From sequence record NC_031039.1: DNA of 64,000 nt; one strand, 5' to 3'. How positions within the stretch are numbered: the first letter of the stretch is position 1; each line of letters begins with the position of its first letter. Made by a program: the position numbers and the translations under genes. The notes under the pieces are model-generated. The model was given only the letters and a program-made list of their open reading frames with translations, made no database searches and was not told the DNA's origin. Shown here in pieces: positions 31,101 to 41,718 of this stretch.

Positions 31101-31764
31101 TAGAAAGTTCATCATTAATATTAAATTTAATAAATGTATTATTAACAGTAGTGTAAAAAATAAAATCTACATTTTTAAGTTCTTTCTTCTGTTCCTCTGT
31201 TAATAGCTTTCTCTTAATTGCCATATAGATATAAGCAAAAGGTGTTCTTGCATTATTTAAGTCAAAGAATGATGGATCAAGAACATTGTCAGGAACAGGA
31301 ATTGCTACTGCTTTATTCTCATATGATGCACCCTCTTTAATTTTAGATATAAGAAAATCAAAATACATTTCAACTCGTTTTCTTCCACGAACTTTAATCT
31401 CTACTTCATTCTCAAGATGCTCATTTGTAATATCATAGATCAAGTTAAGATCATTATAATTAGTTAAAGCACGTTTAGTATAAATAATACTAGAGCATTT
31501 TGCTTTTACCTCATCATAATATTTCTTTTGATCTACAATAATTCTTTTATTCTTCTGAATGGTATTGAATGCTCTTGGAATATATACTCCTCTAAAAAAA
31601 GAAGGACTGAATATATTAGAATTAATAAAATCAAATATCTCACTTTGATTATTTCCTGAAAAGAAAATCAAATTTGAATTACGGTCATTTTTCCTTTTTT
31701 TAATGGATGAAAGTTTTATATTAGAGTACACTCTCAATTCCTTGAGATTATCAAGATAAAACAA
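25146..31764 (-). CDS. rpoB: Phage RNA polymerase beta subunit, N-terminal half (probably virion RNAP); six exons, about 1397 aa after splicing
   Basis: Exons 31764-28969, 28585-28508, 28172-28162, 27108-26931, 26577-26358, 26056-25146 join in frame giving GLSGRNLD|DAYT..STPDSD|KVGV|VRQLTFDP..HADPPRVGMQTTQQKH|IIP..NSNGG|FYI..YTYEDS, collinear with beta motifs GPGG, TPEG, DDANRALMG.NMQRQ, RSNQ, GYNYED; late promoter at 31790. Confidence 0.9.
26057..26357 (-). mobile_element. Group I intron 5 of RNAP beta (301 nt)
   Basis: P1 GUGGGU|/GCUCAC; P10 UAAA/UUUA; P7 elements; terminal G. Confidence 0.9.
26578..26930 (-). mobile_element. Group I intron 4 of RNAP beta (353 nt)
   Basis: P1 GCAU|/GUGC; P10 GAU/AUC; P7 elements; terminal G. 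Confidence 0.9.
27338..28015 (-). CDS. Intron-encoded HNH-AP2 homing endonuclease
   Basis: LHRYLM..IDHIDRNSLNNRKSNLR (HNH); NTSGIKG..W...F.V.KYG...A (AP2); possible second AP2-like segment at the N-terminus; own SD AAGGAG. Confidence 0.9.
   Translation of the reverse strand: MEKNKIIYLKEQKLWRVSFYNKEKKSNSLAHYSEVLYGDYSERIAMKTLKEGKRAYNFIEVLDDHALLVTFSKTYGIVKSQIDIEDIDKINKHVWRAIWSKRNNSFYISSNSGGKLHRYLMDIKDNNNVIDHIDRNSLNNRKSNLREVSQMMNNRNTSLRNDNTSGIKGIRYSKKKNRWESEIRVNHKKFIKTFAVNKYGFEKAKELAITFRKEIAEKNGFINYF
28014..28061 (-). promoter_or_regulatory. Intron-internal early-type promoter plus start-codon-sequestering hairpin
   Basis: AAATATATATTAT at 28061-28049; perfect 10-bp stem 28041-28050/28014-28023 with the SD in the loop. 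Confidence 0.7.
28162..28172 (-). other. 11-nt micro-exon AAAGTTGGGGT (K-V-G-V)
   Basis: Lies between terminal G of intron 2 and P1 of intron 3; needed to keep the frame. Confidence 0.85.
28173..28507 (-). mobile_element. Group I intron 2 of RNAP beta (335 nt)
   Basis: Long P1 GGAU|U/AGUCC; conserved P4 AACUGCUGGAA and P7 elements; terminal G. Confidence 0.85.
28586..28968 (-). mobile_element. Group I intron 1 of RNAP beta (383 nt)
   Basis: P1 GGAU|UAA/UUAGUCC with U.G pair; P7 GACUAUC/GAUAUAGUC; terminal G; P10 AAGUGUU/GAUGCUU. Confidence 0.9.
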
Positions 31765-31818
31765 TTATACCCACTTCCTTTCTTAACAATATCTATTTGT
31801 TTACATAAGAAATTAAAA

Positions 31819-31852
31819 ATAAAAAGATAAGGTTTTATCCTTATCTTTTTAT
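31819..31852 (-). terminator. Terminator after the tail-fibre operon
   Basis: ATAAAAAGATAAGG...CCTTATCTTTTTAT. Confidence 0.75.
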
Positions 31853-31855
31853 TAT

Positions 31856-32724
31856 TTATTCTGTTACAGTTTCATCATTACTAGTTCTATTTAAATTATC
31901 TTTATTATAAATAGTAATAATATCATTTTCTATAATATCAGATTCATCTGAAAACGAGAATTCTCTTTTTATATATTTAATTAAATCATCTTTATCTTTA
32001 AAATTTTCCTGAGTATAAGGATCAAATGGTTGATAATAAAACTGTTGTCCACTAGGAATAAAGTAACCATCTGTAACCCATCTTCCATCTTTTTCTTGTC
32101 TGAGTATAAATTGCTTATCATGACTTTCCATAGTTGACACCCCTATACAGTTTTCGTTTCATATTCACTAGAAACCTTCAAGTTAATCAATACTTCGCTC
32201 TTATTTTTAAGAACTACTGTAATAACAAAATCACCAAGAACTAATGGAGTTCCTTTGATCATTTCACTATCAGCATCATAATACAAACTTGAAGGCAATC
32301 CTTTAACCTGTTTAATAAGAGATACTTCACTTGTATTTAATTTTACGGTTAGTGAATGTCCTGAAACTGCATTAATTGAAAAGTCTTGTAGACCATTTAC
32401 AGAAGGTTTTAGGTAAATAGTATAGTCCATTTTAACATCAATTGTTGATTTAAGTGAAGTTACATTAGTCAAAAATACTTTATCTTTTTTATTTTCTTTA
32501 ACAATCAGATTGGAAAAACCACTTAATACAGGTTTATTAGAATTAAAATTACATAAAGTTGCTTGCGTTTTTCCTATAGAGTCAGTAATATTTCTAACAT
32601 AAAAGGTATTTGTTATTATATGGTTATCAGGATTATTTAAATCCGTAATTTTTCCATCTTTAACATTAAGTTCATTTTTTATTTTAAAACCATTTAAATA
32701 AGTTAATCTAGTTTTAACAATCAC
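31856..32724 (-). CDS. Two tail-associated proteins (31856-32140; 32143-32724 with putative Ig-like domain)
   Basis: GLPSSLYYD...IKGTP..GDF.ITV resembles the He_PIG putative Ig motif; late operon. Confidence 0.5.
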
Positions 32725-32729
32725 TTTAC

Positions 32730-35095
32730 TTAACTCCCTTCATAAGAAGTATAAGTAGAAATGGCTCCTGAACCAGTTATTATAATTGGTACTCTCGTAG
32801 GTGATGTTGAGCTTGTAGAAACATTATATGATTTATCTTGACTATCTCTAAATATTGCATTTCCTTCAAGCATTAATTTAATCTCTGTTTCTTTTAATTG
32901 TCCTGTCATATCTCTTGCCTCGACTAATATTGCACTTTCAATATTTTGATCCACATAGGTAATATCTGTATCTTCGAAACTAACTGAGACATCAACTGAC
33001 AAGAAAGGACTAATCATTTCTAAATTAGCACCTTCTTTATTTCTTATAAACCAAACTCTTTCTAAATCATCAATGCCTATAGATCTAATTGGATCAGTAA
33101 TATTCTCAATCAATGAAAATCTCTTTGTAGTGGAATCAGTAGTATATACCCAAAAACCATTATTTTTAACAATAACAATAAATTGATCACCTAGAGGGAA
33201 AATTGCCTTAACGCCATCCAAATGAATATCTTTGAATGGTAGAGAATCTTTTAAAGTTAAATTTAATTCAGTATCATCAAATTCTAAAAGATGAATTGGG
33301 AACTCTTTTGTTTTATAGGTATCTGCAAGATATGATGCATTTAATGAACCAGATCTTGGGTTTGAAACTGATGCACGTTTATAATAGTTAATCCAATCGG
33401 TATAAAAGATTTCATTTAAATGCGAGAATACATTTCCAATATATAGGTATTTAGTATTATTAACAGTGATTGAACCAATTTGAATTGAGTAAAGATTTAA
33501 ACCATAATCTTGATAATTGTAAAGTGTTTTTAAATCTAATCCGTTAATACTAAGATTTGTCACCGTACCTACTTTTCCATTAGGAATATCTATAGGTAAC
33601 TTACATAAAGAACTGCTTGAACCAGTTATATATTCCATTTGTAAATAATATAAACAGCTTTCTTTAGAATCAAAATATGGTATTTGTCTAGCAAATGTGG
33701 AATATCCTGTTGTTGATCCAGCATGAATATTTTTACTGAATAAAACCGTTTCAACTAATGTTGGTGAAATCTTCTTTACTAGCAATCTTGTTTTTGGACC
33801 AGACATTGTATATGTTGTACCATCTTCTTTTGTTATAGTTTCATTATTAAAAATATAACCTTGTGTTAAAATAATTAAACTGCCATTAGAAGTTTTACCT
33901 AGAATATTTAAAATTTCTTCTCCATTTAAAGTGTAACTTTTAGTTAAGTTTAAGTTTTTATCAAAAAGTAGAATACTATCATTTAAATTAACGGTATTAT
34001 ATGCTGTTGATGTTGAAGCTAAACTGTATTGATTAAGAGCAGCGGCAGAATAAGTGCAATTGGAATAGTAGTTTCCATTCACTATTGTAATAGAAGAACT
34101 TCTATTTAGTTCAAAATACTCTTTTCCGTATAAATCAATTTTAGCATTTTCACCATTAGCTGGAGGAGAACTAGTACCTCCAATATTATTTATCCCAAAT
34201 CCTCCATAATTTATCATATTTCTAACAACAATGAATGAGCTTTCATCTAGTTTAACTAATGATGTTTTTCCTAATCCATTCGAAAATCTATAAGTATTTA
34301 AAATTTTTCCATACTTATATTGATAGATAGCAGTTGCTGTATTTCCAGAACTTTCTGATACTCTAATTTCTGTACCATCATTAAATGAAATTGAATTTTG
34401 AAAAATGGTTTCATCTTTGCGATATGGTATACGTCCTCCTACAAAAGCTGTTCTACCATCATAATTTATACTATGAGTTCTTGTTCTAGTATTAATATTA
34501 TTTGCATTATATGGGGAAGAATAACTAAAGTATGGTGATCTTGCAACTTTCTCTTCTTGTAAAGAATTCTTATTATACGTCTTACCATTAATTAAAATTG
34601 TATTACTCTCTTCCTGAAACAAAGGAAAAGAAGTAAAATTATCTCTTGTAATTGAGAAATTTCCTTGACCAATTGAATAAATTACACTCATAAATATCCT
34701 CCTTAGATACTTTTAATAGAATAAGTTAAAGTACAGTTTCCTCCTATGGAAATGACAAGATCACTTCTTTGTGAAGAAAATGCCATTACTTTTCCTGCAT
34801 CTATATTTCCTTCATGTAATACTGAACCTAATGATGTAATCTTAAAAGGAATAGCTATAGAATTTTTGTTTTTAATATTAATACTACAACTTATTACAGA
34901 TGTTCCCCCAATCGTATTTAATATATTAGACATATTAAATATTTCAGTTAAATTTGTTATATTAGTAAAATCTTTAGTCTCACTTTTTGAGTTTACTGAT
35001 AGGGAATTCTTTTGTAAGCTAAGAATATCTTCCTTAATAGTGTTACCAATGATACCCTTTATTTGATTCTGATTAATCAATAAGTTCACCTCCAC
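32730..35095 (-). CDS. Beta-rich tail/receptor-binding proteins (32730-34691; 34703-35095)
   Basis: S/T/G/N/Y-rich beta composition; late promoter at 35098. Confidence 0.45.
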
Positions 35096-35178
35096 TCTAA
35101 ATAATTGTTTTTAATTTAGTAAAAATATAAAAAATAAGCATACCCTTTTTTAGAGGTATGCTTATCTTGTTTTCTCAA

Positions 35179-36351
35179 TTATTTGACTCTTAATTTTTGC
35201 CCTACATAGATTTTATTAACATCAGCTAATTTATTCCATGATTTAATTTGATCAATTGAAGAGCCAAATTTCTTAGCAATAGCTGATACATTATCTCCTG
35301 CTTTTACAGTATAATACTGTACAGATGATTTAGTGGAACTACCACTAGTAGGAATTTTAAGTGTTTGTCCTACAGAAATTTTATTTGGATCTTTAATTCC
35401 ATTAGCTGATGCGATAGCATTAACTGTAGAGCCAAATTTCTTAGCAATAGCAGTTAAATTATCTCCTGCTTTTACTTTATAAGTTGTAGAAGAACTAGAT
35501 GTCTTAGTAGAACTTACTGATTTAGAATTACCGCTAAGTTTAAGAACTTGACCTACATAGATTTTATTTGGATCTTTAATTCCATTAATACTTTGAAGAG
35601 TAGAAACAGAAACTCCAAATTTACTAGCAATTTTGGAAAGAACATCACCTTTTTGCACTGTGTACGTACCAGAAGGTTTACTTTCTTTTTTAGGTGCTGA
35701 CACTGTAACTGGTTTTACAGCAGATTCTGTTTTAACAACTTTTTTAACTCCACCAGTAAACCAAGTAAGTGATTTATCACCATTTAGTAAATTCATGTCA
35801 AGAGTACCGTTATACCATGATACTTTCCCATATTCGGTATATTGCCAGATGCAACAAGGGAAATCTGGTTTTTTATTAGCTGTACCATCATTACGACCAT
35901 AACGAGGAATCCATAAGAAGTCAGCATCAACTTTATTCAGTCCATAAGACATATAAAGATTGTGAGATACATAATAACCAGTCTTATAACCAGCTTTTCT
36001 ACAAGTATCAATAAATGCTTGTGAAGCTTCTCTAAGATTAGCAGTTCCGCAAGATGCAACTGTATCATCCTCAACATCAAGAGCTAGAAATTTAGCATCT
36101 TTATCAATACGGCTTAAGAAATCATTTGCTTCAATAATAGCATCTTTAACTGATACATAGTGTCCATAAGCATAATGACCAAAAGGAATGCCATATTTCT
36201 TACAATTAGCCACATGATTTTTGTATTCTCGGTCAATAGTCTTTGAACCATATTGAACACGAATAATCATAAGATCTACTTCTTTAGCCGCTCTTGCCCA
36301 ATCAATTGCACTTGAAGGTTGGTGGTGAGAAATATCAATAATGTAACCCAT
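35179..36351 (-). CDS. Endolysin: GH25 muramidase with three LysM domains
   Basis: IDISHHQ, ALDVED, IWQYT; three YTV(Q/K).GD.LS.IA.KFG..V..I...N.I.DPNKI.VGQ.L repeats. Confidence 0.92.
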   Translation of the reverse strand: MGYIIDISHHQPSSAIDWARAAKEVDLMIIRVQYGSKTIDREYKNHVANCKKYGIPFGHYAYGHYVSVKDAIIEANDFLSRIDKDAKFLALDVEDDTVASCGTANLREASQAFIDTCRKAGYKTGYYVSHNLYMSYGLNKVDADFLWIPRYGRNDGTANKKPDFPCCIWQYTEYGKVSWYNGTLDMNLLNGDKSLTWFTGGVKKVVKTESAVKPVTVSAPKKESKPSGTYTVQKGDVLSKIASKFGVSVSTLQSINGIKDPNKIYVGQVLKLSGNSKSVSSTKTSSSSTTYKVKAGDNLTAIAKKFGSTVNAIASANGIKDPNKISVGQTLKIPTSGSSTKSSVQYYTVKAGDNVSAIAKKFGSSIDQIKSWNKLADVNKIYVGQKLRVK

Positions 36352-36416
36352 ATATAAAAGTTCCTCCTTTAATTAAGATTAATAAAATGTTACTTTAATA
36401 ATGCGATAAAATAATA

Positions 36417-38189
36417 TTAGACAGCTATAGGTATATTATTAATCTGTCTATCGTCTTCAAGCATCCAAGGCTTACCTTCATATAGACTATTAGCTAAAGT
36501 AGTACTCTTAGATGATGTTGAGACTAATGGTGCTGTCATAGATGCACTTTCTGTTGCCGCATATGCCTGTAGATCATTTATTAATACTTTTTCAGTGTTT
36601 ACTAAATTTAATCCACGTCCACCTGAAATGTTAGTTGTAATATAAATACGTTCAAATCGATGACCCATACCACCTGTTATTTGGATTGGTACAATATATT
36701 TAGATTCTAATACCTTAATATCCTTCATAAATAAACGATATTTTGTTGCCACTCCAAGTATACTTAAATTCTTAGATTTTTTGACAGTAATATTATCAAA
36801 TAGAACTTGACTTTCTGCATCGAAATCTATACCATAAGATTGGTTTTCAATATCATTAAAATCTACAAGAATATTCAAAAAGTTCACTTCTGATGATCTA
36901 ATTCGAATTCCTGAATAACATCCTATTGAATGGAAATCTTTAATTCGAATGTCTGTTGATCTAAAAATATCTAAACCTCTTGTTGATGAATTATAAGCCT
37001 CATTTCCTATTAAGGAAATATTTGTAGAAGTATCAACTAAGAAGGCAATCCCGTTCTCATTCATTACCTTATTACCTGAAATGGTTACATTATCAGCATA
37101 ATAGACAACTATGCCAACTGCAGATTCATGCATCTCATCAATTATATTACCAATAATATTAACACCTTTTCCTCGTGCATCAATACCCTTATTAAATCCT
37201 TTAATTGTATTTCCTATGATTAAAGCATTATTACATTTCTGAGAAGATGATACACCATCTCCCTGAATGGCAGTATTCTTACCATCAGTACGAACCATTG
37301 TATTATTAGAAATAAGTGTATCAGTACCACTTCCATAATTAATTACATGGTCAGCCTGATTGTTTACAATACGTACACCATAACCATTGAAGTTACTTAC
37401 TGAAGCATTTATATTCCCTATAAATGTACATCCTTCAATAAGTACATCTCTAATTTCCTCATAGTCAATAGAACCTTCTCCATAACCTTCAATATCAATA
37501 CCAAAACGAGGGGCACAACCATCATCAGCACCAGCTTTAGTAATTATACAATTCTTAATTCTAACTACCTCTGCCGCTGTAACTGAAATATTATTACGTC
37601 TATTATTGGAAATAAAACATTTCTCAATATGAATATTATAACAATGATGGTATTCTGATCCTGTATAGTTAAGTAATCCTTTAGCACCAAGAAAAATTCC
37701 ATCACCTGTAAAATCCATGATTTTTAGTTTTTCAACATAACCATCATGAGCACCATGAAAATAAATACCATATCCCCATTCATGAGTTTTCTTGTTTCCA
37801 TCTTTTCCTTGAAAACTATAATCATGGTCATAACGTTCTCCGATTAAGTAACCTCCTCCTGAGAATGAAACATTTTTCTCATTAGGAGCTACATAGAATA
37901 AAGTATAGCCATAAGAATCATTAGGTGCTACTTTTAATATAGTATCAGGGGTGATTTCAATTTCTATATTTCCCGGAACACGAATTCCAGCACCAATTTC
38001 AGGACTTGTTGTAGTATTACTTACTCCATTAACCATATAGATTCCTTTAGGTAAGGTAATTTTATAATAACCTTCTGATTTTGCATACTCAATGGCTTTA
38101 ATAAAATTATCTCTATTAATAGTAGCATTAATTGGATCTGTACCTTCAACAATTCCCCACTGTGTTGGATCAATTACATAACTATTCAA
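36417..38189 (-). CDS. Right-handed beta-helix (pectin-lyase-like) protein, putative depolymerase/tailspike
   Basis: AIEYAK..LPKGIY, DGIFLG, ISNNRRNNISV, repeated IxGN/IxNN turns. Confidence 0.8.
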   Translation of the reverse strand: MNSYVIDPTQWGIVEGTDPINATINRDNFIKAIEYAKSEGYYKITLPKGIYMVNGVSNTTTSPEIGAGIRVPGNIEIEITPDTILKVAPNDSYGYTLFYVAPNEKNVSFSGGGYLIGERYDHDYSFQGKDGNKKTHEWGYGIYFHGAHDGYVEKLKIMDFTGDGIFLGAKGLLNYTGSEYHHCYNIHIEKCFISNNRRNNISVTAAEVVRIKNCIITKAGADDGCAPRFGIDIEGYGEGSIDYEEIRDVLIEGCTFIGNINASVSNFNGYGVRIVNNQADHVINYGSGTDTLISNNTMVRTDGKNTAIQGDGVSSSQKCNNALIIGNTIKGFNKGIDARGKGVNIIGNIIDEMHESAVGIVVYYADNVTISGNKVMNENGIAFLVDTSTNISLIGNEAYNSSTRGLDIFRSTDIRIKDFHSIGCYSGIRIRSSEVNFLNILVDFNDIENQSYGIDFDAESQVLFDNITVKKSKNLSILGVATKYRLFMKDIKVLESKYIVPIQITGGMGHRFERIYITTNISGGRGLNLVNTEKVLINDLQAYAATESASMTAPLVSTSSKSTTLANSLYEGKPWMLEDDRQINNIPIAV

Positions 38190-38283
38190 TCTTATTCCCC
38201 CTAATATTCGTTTAAAGGTTAATGGTAAATAAAAGATTAAATATACTTAGTAGTGTTGATATTTCAACACTACTAAAGAATTA

Positions 38284-40090
38284 TTAGGACATTATTACTA
38301 CACGATATTGATTCAATGTAGGCGCTTGAGAGAAGCTAACAGTGATATTATTTTCATCTATTCTTACAATATCTGTGCTAATATTAGCGAATGTTTCATT
38401 ATCGAATACTTGCACAATAACATCACGAGTATTAAAATTATGATTAACTGTAAAAGATGTAGCAGTTCCATCCCCAATTGTTGATACAAATTTAGGATTT
38501 AAACTACCTACAATTTTTAGACCATCAGCATCTGTTGCTAAACGTGAATCATTTAATTTAACTTTTAAGCTACCATCAGTATTTTGCTCTAAACCAAGAC
38601 CAGCTAAGTCTGTACCTAATTTAGTCTTAGTAATTGACTTATCAATTACCTCTAATTGATTCCCAACATTAAGACCGATAGAGACATTATCAATTTTTAC
38701 ATTAAATGTATCATCAATATTTTCTAAACCTCTACCAGCATTAATTATATTTAGATTGGCGATTGTCCAAGTATTATTAACATACTTGAAAAATTGTTTT
38801 TCACTTTGACTAAACAACAATACACCATCACCTTTAGATGAGACATCATAGGTGACAACAAATTTAGATCCATCATATTGAACTATGTCTCCAGCTTCTA
38901 AACCTTCAATTTCTCCAAATGATGAATCAAGAGTGGTTGGATCTTTAATTACATAACGATCTCCAACAACAGGAGAATCAATTACCAATGTAGCATCAGA
39001 TTGGATTGCTTTTACATCATTTTGAAAATCAAAATCAGTAATTGCTTTATCAATCTTATTTTCTACAAAGGATTTACTTACTAAATCAGATCCTTCAGTC
39101 GGACTAAGTAAATTGACAATTTTAGCCACTCCACCCAAATCAATATTACTAAGAACTTTCATGACAACACCATCCTTTATACCAGAATAATTTTTTGTTC
39201 TATCAATCGATTATCAAAGTGAATATTTCATCATCGTCTGTTGGAGTTTTTAATAAAATAGAATTAGTATTCTGGTCTTCAGTATAGTCAATATTTAAGT
39301 CTTGAAATACACCATTCCTATATATTTTTAATGAACCACCAGTATTAAAGCTAAAAGGTACTGTAAAAGATGATTGACCTTTTAATGGGGTTATTGTCTC
39401 TCTTTTCTTACTATTAGAACCATCAGTTATAGGTTTAAATATGGAACCATTCCAAATATAAATTTTATAATTATCTTTTGTAAGATATAATTTATTTTGT
39501 ATTTTTTCAGTTAAGGAATTTAATTCATCTTCACTTTCTACAACTATGAGATCTGATATTTTTAATTTTTGTCCATTACTTCCTACTATATATAAATTTC
39601 TTTCATTAGTAAAAATAATAGTTCCTATAGTATTAATTGAATTTAATAATGATTCTTTAATAGCTCTAAATGATAATTTCAATTATTTTACCTCCTTATT
39701 CTTTTAGTTAATAATTTTTTAAAAAATTTATAAATTAAATTCTTCCCATTCAAGAGATACACTATCACTTGCAATAAATTTTTCTTCTGCTACAGAGTAT
39801 GATAGAATCGACTTATCTTTTATATTGGTCATATCTACATCCGACATTTCAGATAATTTGGAAATAATTTTCTCTGCTTCCCATTTATTACTAATAGAAT
39901 TGTAAGTTAGAACGAATCCATTCTCAATAGTTGGGTTAATACTAACATCAGATAGAGAAGAAAGGTTTAACTTACTTTCGATCTCTTGAATAATTCTATC
40001 AGGAGACCATGCATGATCCGTTCCAGTAGTATTATCATCTATAACAATACCACTTACTTTATTTTGGTAAAATCTAGGCACTATAATCAC
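38284..40090 (-). CDS. Tail fibre/baseplate accessory proteins (38284-39162, 39203-39682, 39728-40090)
   Basis: IGDG..TSFTVNHNFNTRDVIVQV; L.IYRNGVFQ..DY; repeated LSDV.I...G.VL.Y...W motifs; late promoter at 40112. Confidence 0.6.
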
Positions 40091-40310
40091 ATCCCTATAT
40101 TATTTAGATTTTAATAAGTTGTTCTCGTTTGTTCTAACTATTATTAATTCTTTTTAAAATTTAAAAGAATAGATAACAGTTATATAGTTTGGAGAAATTT
40201 CAAACTGAAAAATAAATATATATTATTTTATTGAAAAATCTAAGATAATAGGTAACAAGCTATTACTTTAGATTAAATAAAAATTACTTATATTACAGGA
40301 GGAATTTATC

Positions 40311-41078
40311 ATGGCATTGAAAAAGAAAGTAGTTCGCCCTAAAACATCTGGGGAAGTAGCGGCAGAAAAAGCAAAAGAGGAAGAAGTACAACAGCCAGTA
40401 GTAGAAACAACTGAGGAACCTAAAGTAGAAGCTAAAGAAGAAAAGAAAGCTACACCTAAGAAAAATGTTGCTAAAGCTACTAAAGAAGAAAAAGCTGAAG
40501 CTACATATACCGAAGAAAAACAAGAAGAGCCAGTAGAAGAAGTAGTTGAGGAACCTAAAGAAGAGAAAAAAGAAACTAAAACATCTCCTAAGAAAAAACC
40601 AGCAAGTAAAAAAGAAGCTAATAAAACTATTGCTCTTAAATCAGTTAATGACTCAGAAGAAGAAAGTGATAACTCTGGTGGTCGTCGTGCTACTAGAAAA
40701 TCTGTAATGAAACAAGTTCAAAAACATTTGGAAGATCAAGGAATTTCTATCACCCTAGACGCAGTTACAACTGTTGTAGGTGCTTTTGAAGAAGTTCTAG
40801 ATGAAGTAACAAATCATAAAGATTTCAAATTCATGAACTCAATGATTAAACGTCAAGAGCGTTCTGGACAAGTTTATAAATCTCCAAAGGCTGGATATGA
40901 TTCCTATAAAGCTGATCGTGTAGTAAAAACATTTACAAAAGATACAACTAATGTAGACAAGTTCCGTGGGCAATATCTGAAAGATGAAGGTAAATTTATT
41001 GCTGATGGTAAGTTCAACTATGACACTGGTGAATTTGATCCAGTAGAACTTGAAATTGAAGTTGGTAAGAAAAAATAA
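40311..41078 (+). CDS. HU/IHF-like DNA-binding protein with long K/E/A/P low-complexity N-terminus
   Basis: C-terminal two helices then beta-arm IKRQERSGQVYKSPK; early promoter at 40214. Confidence 0.55.
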   Translation: MALKKKVVRPKTSGEVAAEKAKEEEVQQPVVETTEEPKVEAKEEKKATPKKNVAKATKEEKAEATYTEEKQEEPVEEVVEEPKEEKKETKTSPKKKPASKKEANKTIALKSVNDSEEESDNSGGRRATRKSVMKQVQKHLEDQGISITLDAVTTVVGAFEEVLDEVTNHKDFKFMNSMIKRQERSGQVYKSPKAGYDSYKADRVVKTFTKDTTNVDKFRGQYLKDEGKFIADGKFNYDTGEFDPVELEIEVGKKK

Positions 41079-41085
41079 TATAAGA

Positions 41086-41124
41086 TAATGAAGGTAAATG
41101 AGATAATCTCATTTACCTTCATTA
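41086..41124 (+). terminator. 18-bp stem terminator-like hairpin
   Basis: TAATGAAGGTAAATGAGA-taa-TCTCATTTACCTTCATTA. Confidence 0.7.
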
Positions 41125-41182
41125 ATATTGTAAGGGGAATTATTTTTTGGATGAAGAAAATAAAGATTAAGGGGATCTATAT

Positions 41183-41680
41183 ATGAGACCAGATTTTACT
41201 GATAGAAATATTATCTATAATAAAAACATTTACGGAATAGGATATTATAATAAAAAGAGAAAGAGATATGAATGGTTAGATGAATCTGTAAGTAATCTTC
41301 CGTTATTTACTTTTTCATTGAGAGATCTGATTAGACTAATTTCAAGAGATGAACAATCTAAATTAGACAATGGTTGGGAAATTTATCAAATGAAGGTAAC
41401 TCTGGAGGATATTTCAAATATTTCGGGATCACCAACAGACCTAGAAAATTTAATGGTTAGTATGTCTAAAGAAATTTGTTTTCCAGTCATTAATAGAATC
41501 TATTTTGCTATTTTTAATGGAGAAGGAGTTTATTGGACACTTGACTCATTAAGTAAAAATCTTGACAACCAGAAATTTGTTAAATTTGAAATTACTGAAA
41601 TGCCTACACTAGTTGAGAGAACCAATGACCATCATATTACCTTAAATAATTGTAGTTATGATATAACTATTTTAAACTAA
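41183..41680 (+). CDS. Hypothetical protein, paralog of the N-terminal domain of 41719
   Basis: IYGIG/LYAIG, LIRLIS.D/LIKLISDD, WEIYQ/WNIYE shared. Confidence 0.55.
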   Translation: MRPDFTDRNIIYNKNIYGIGYYNKKRKRYEWLDESVSNLPLFTFSLRDLIRLISRDEQSKLDNGWEIYQMKVTLEDISNISGSPTDLENLMVSMSKEICFPVINRIYFAIFNGEGVYWTLDSLSKNLDNQKFVKFEITEMPTLVERTNDHHITLNNCSYDITILN

Positions 41681-41718
41681 TTCTTAAAATGATTTAATAG
41701 ATATATAAGATTTATTTT

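Noticed and set aside
40293-40523. Phe-rich antisense ORF, and similar short antisense ORFs such as 61308-61667, 35633-35902 and 30788-30994
   Set aside because: Shadows of K/E-rich sense genes without SD
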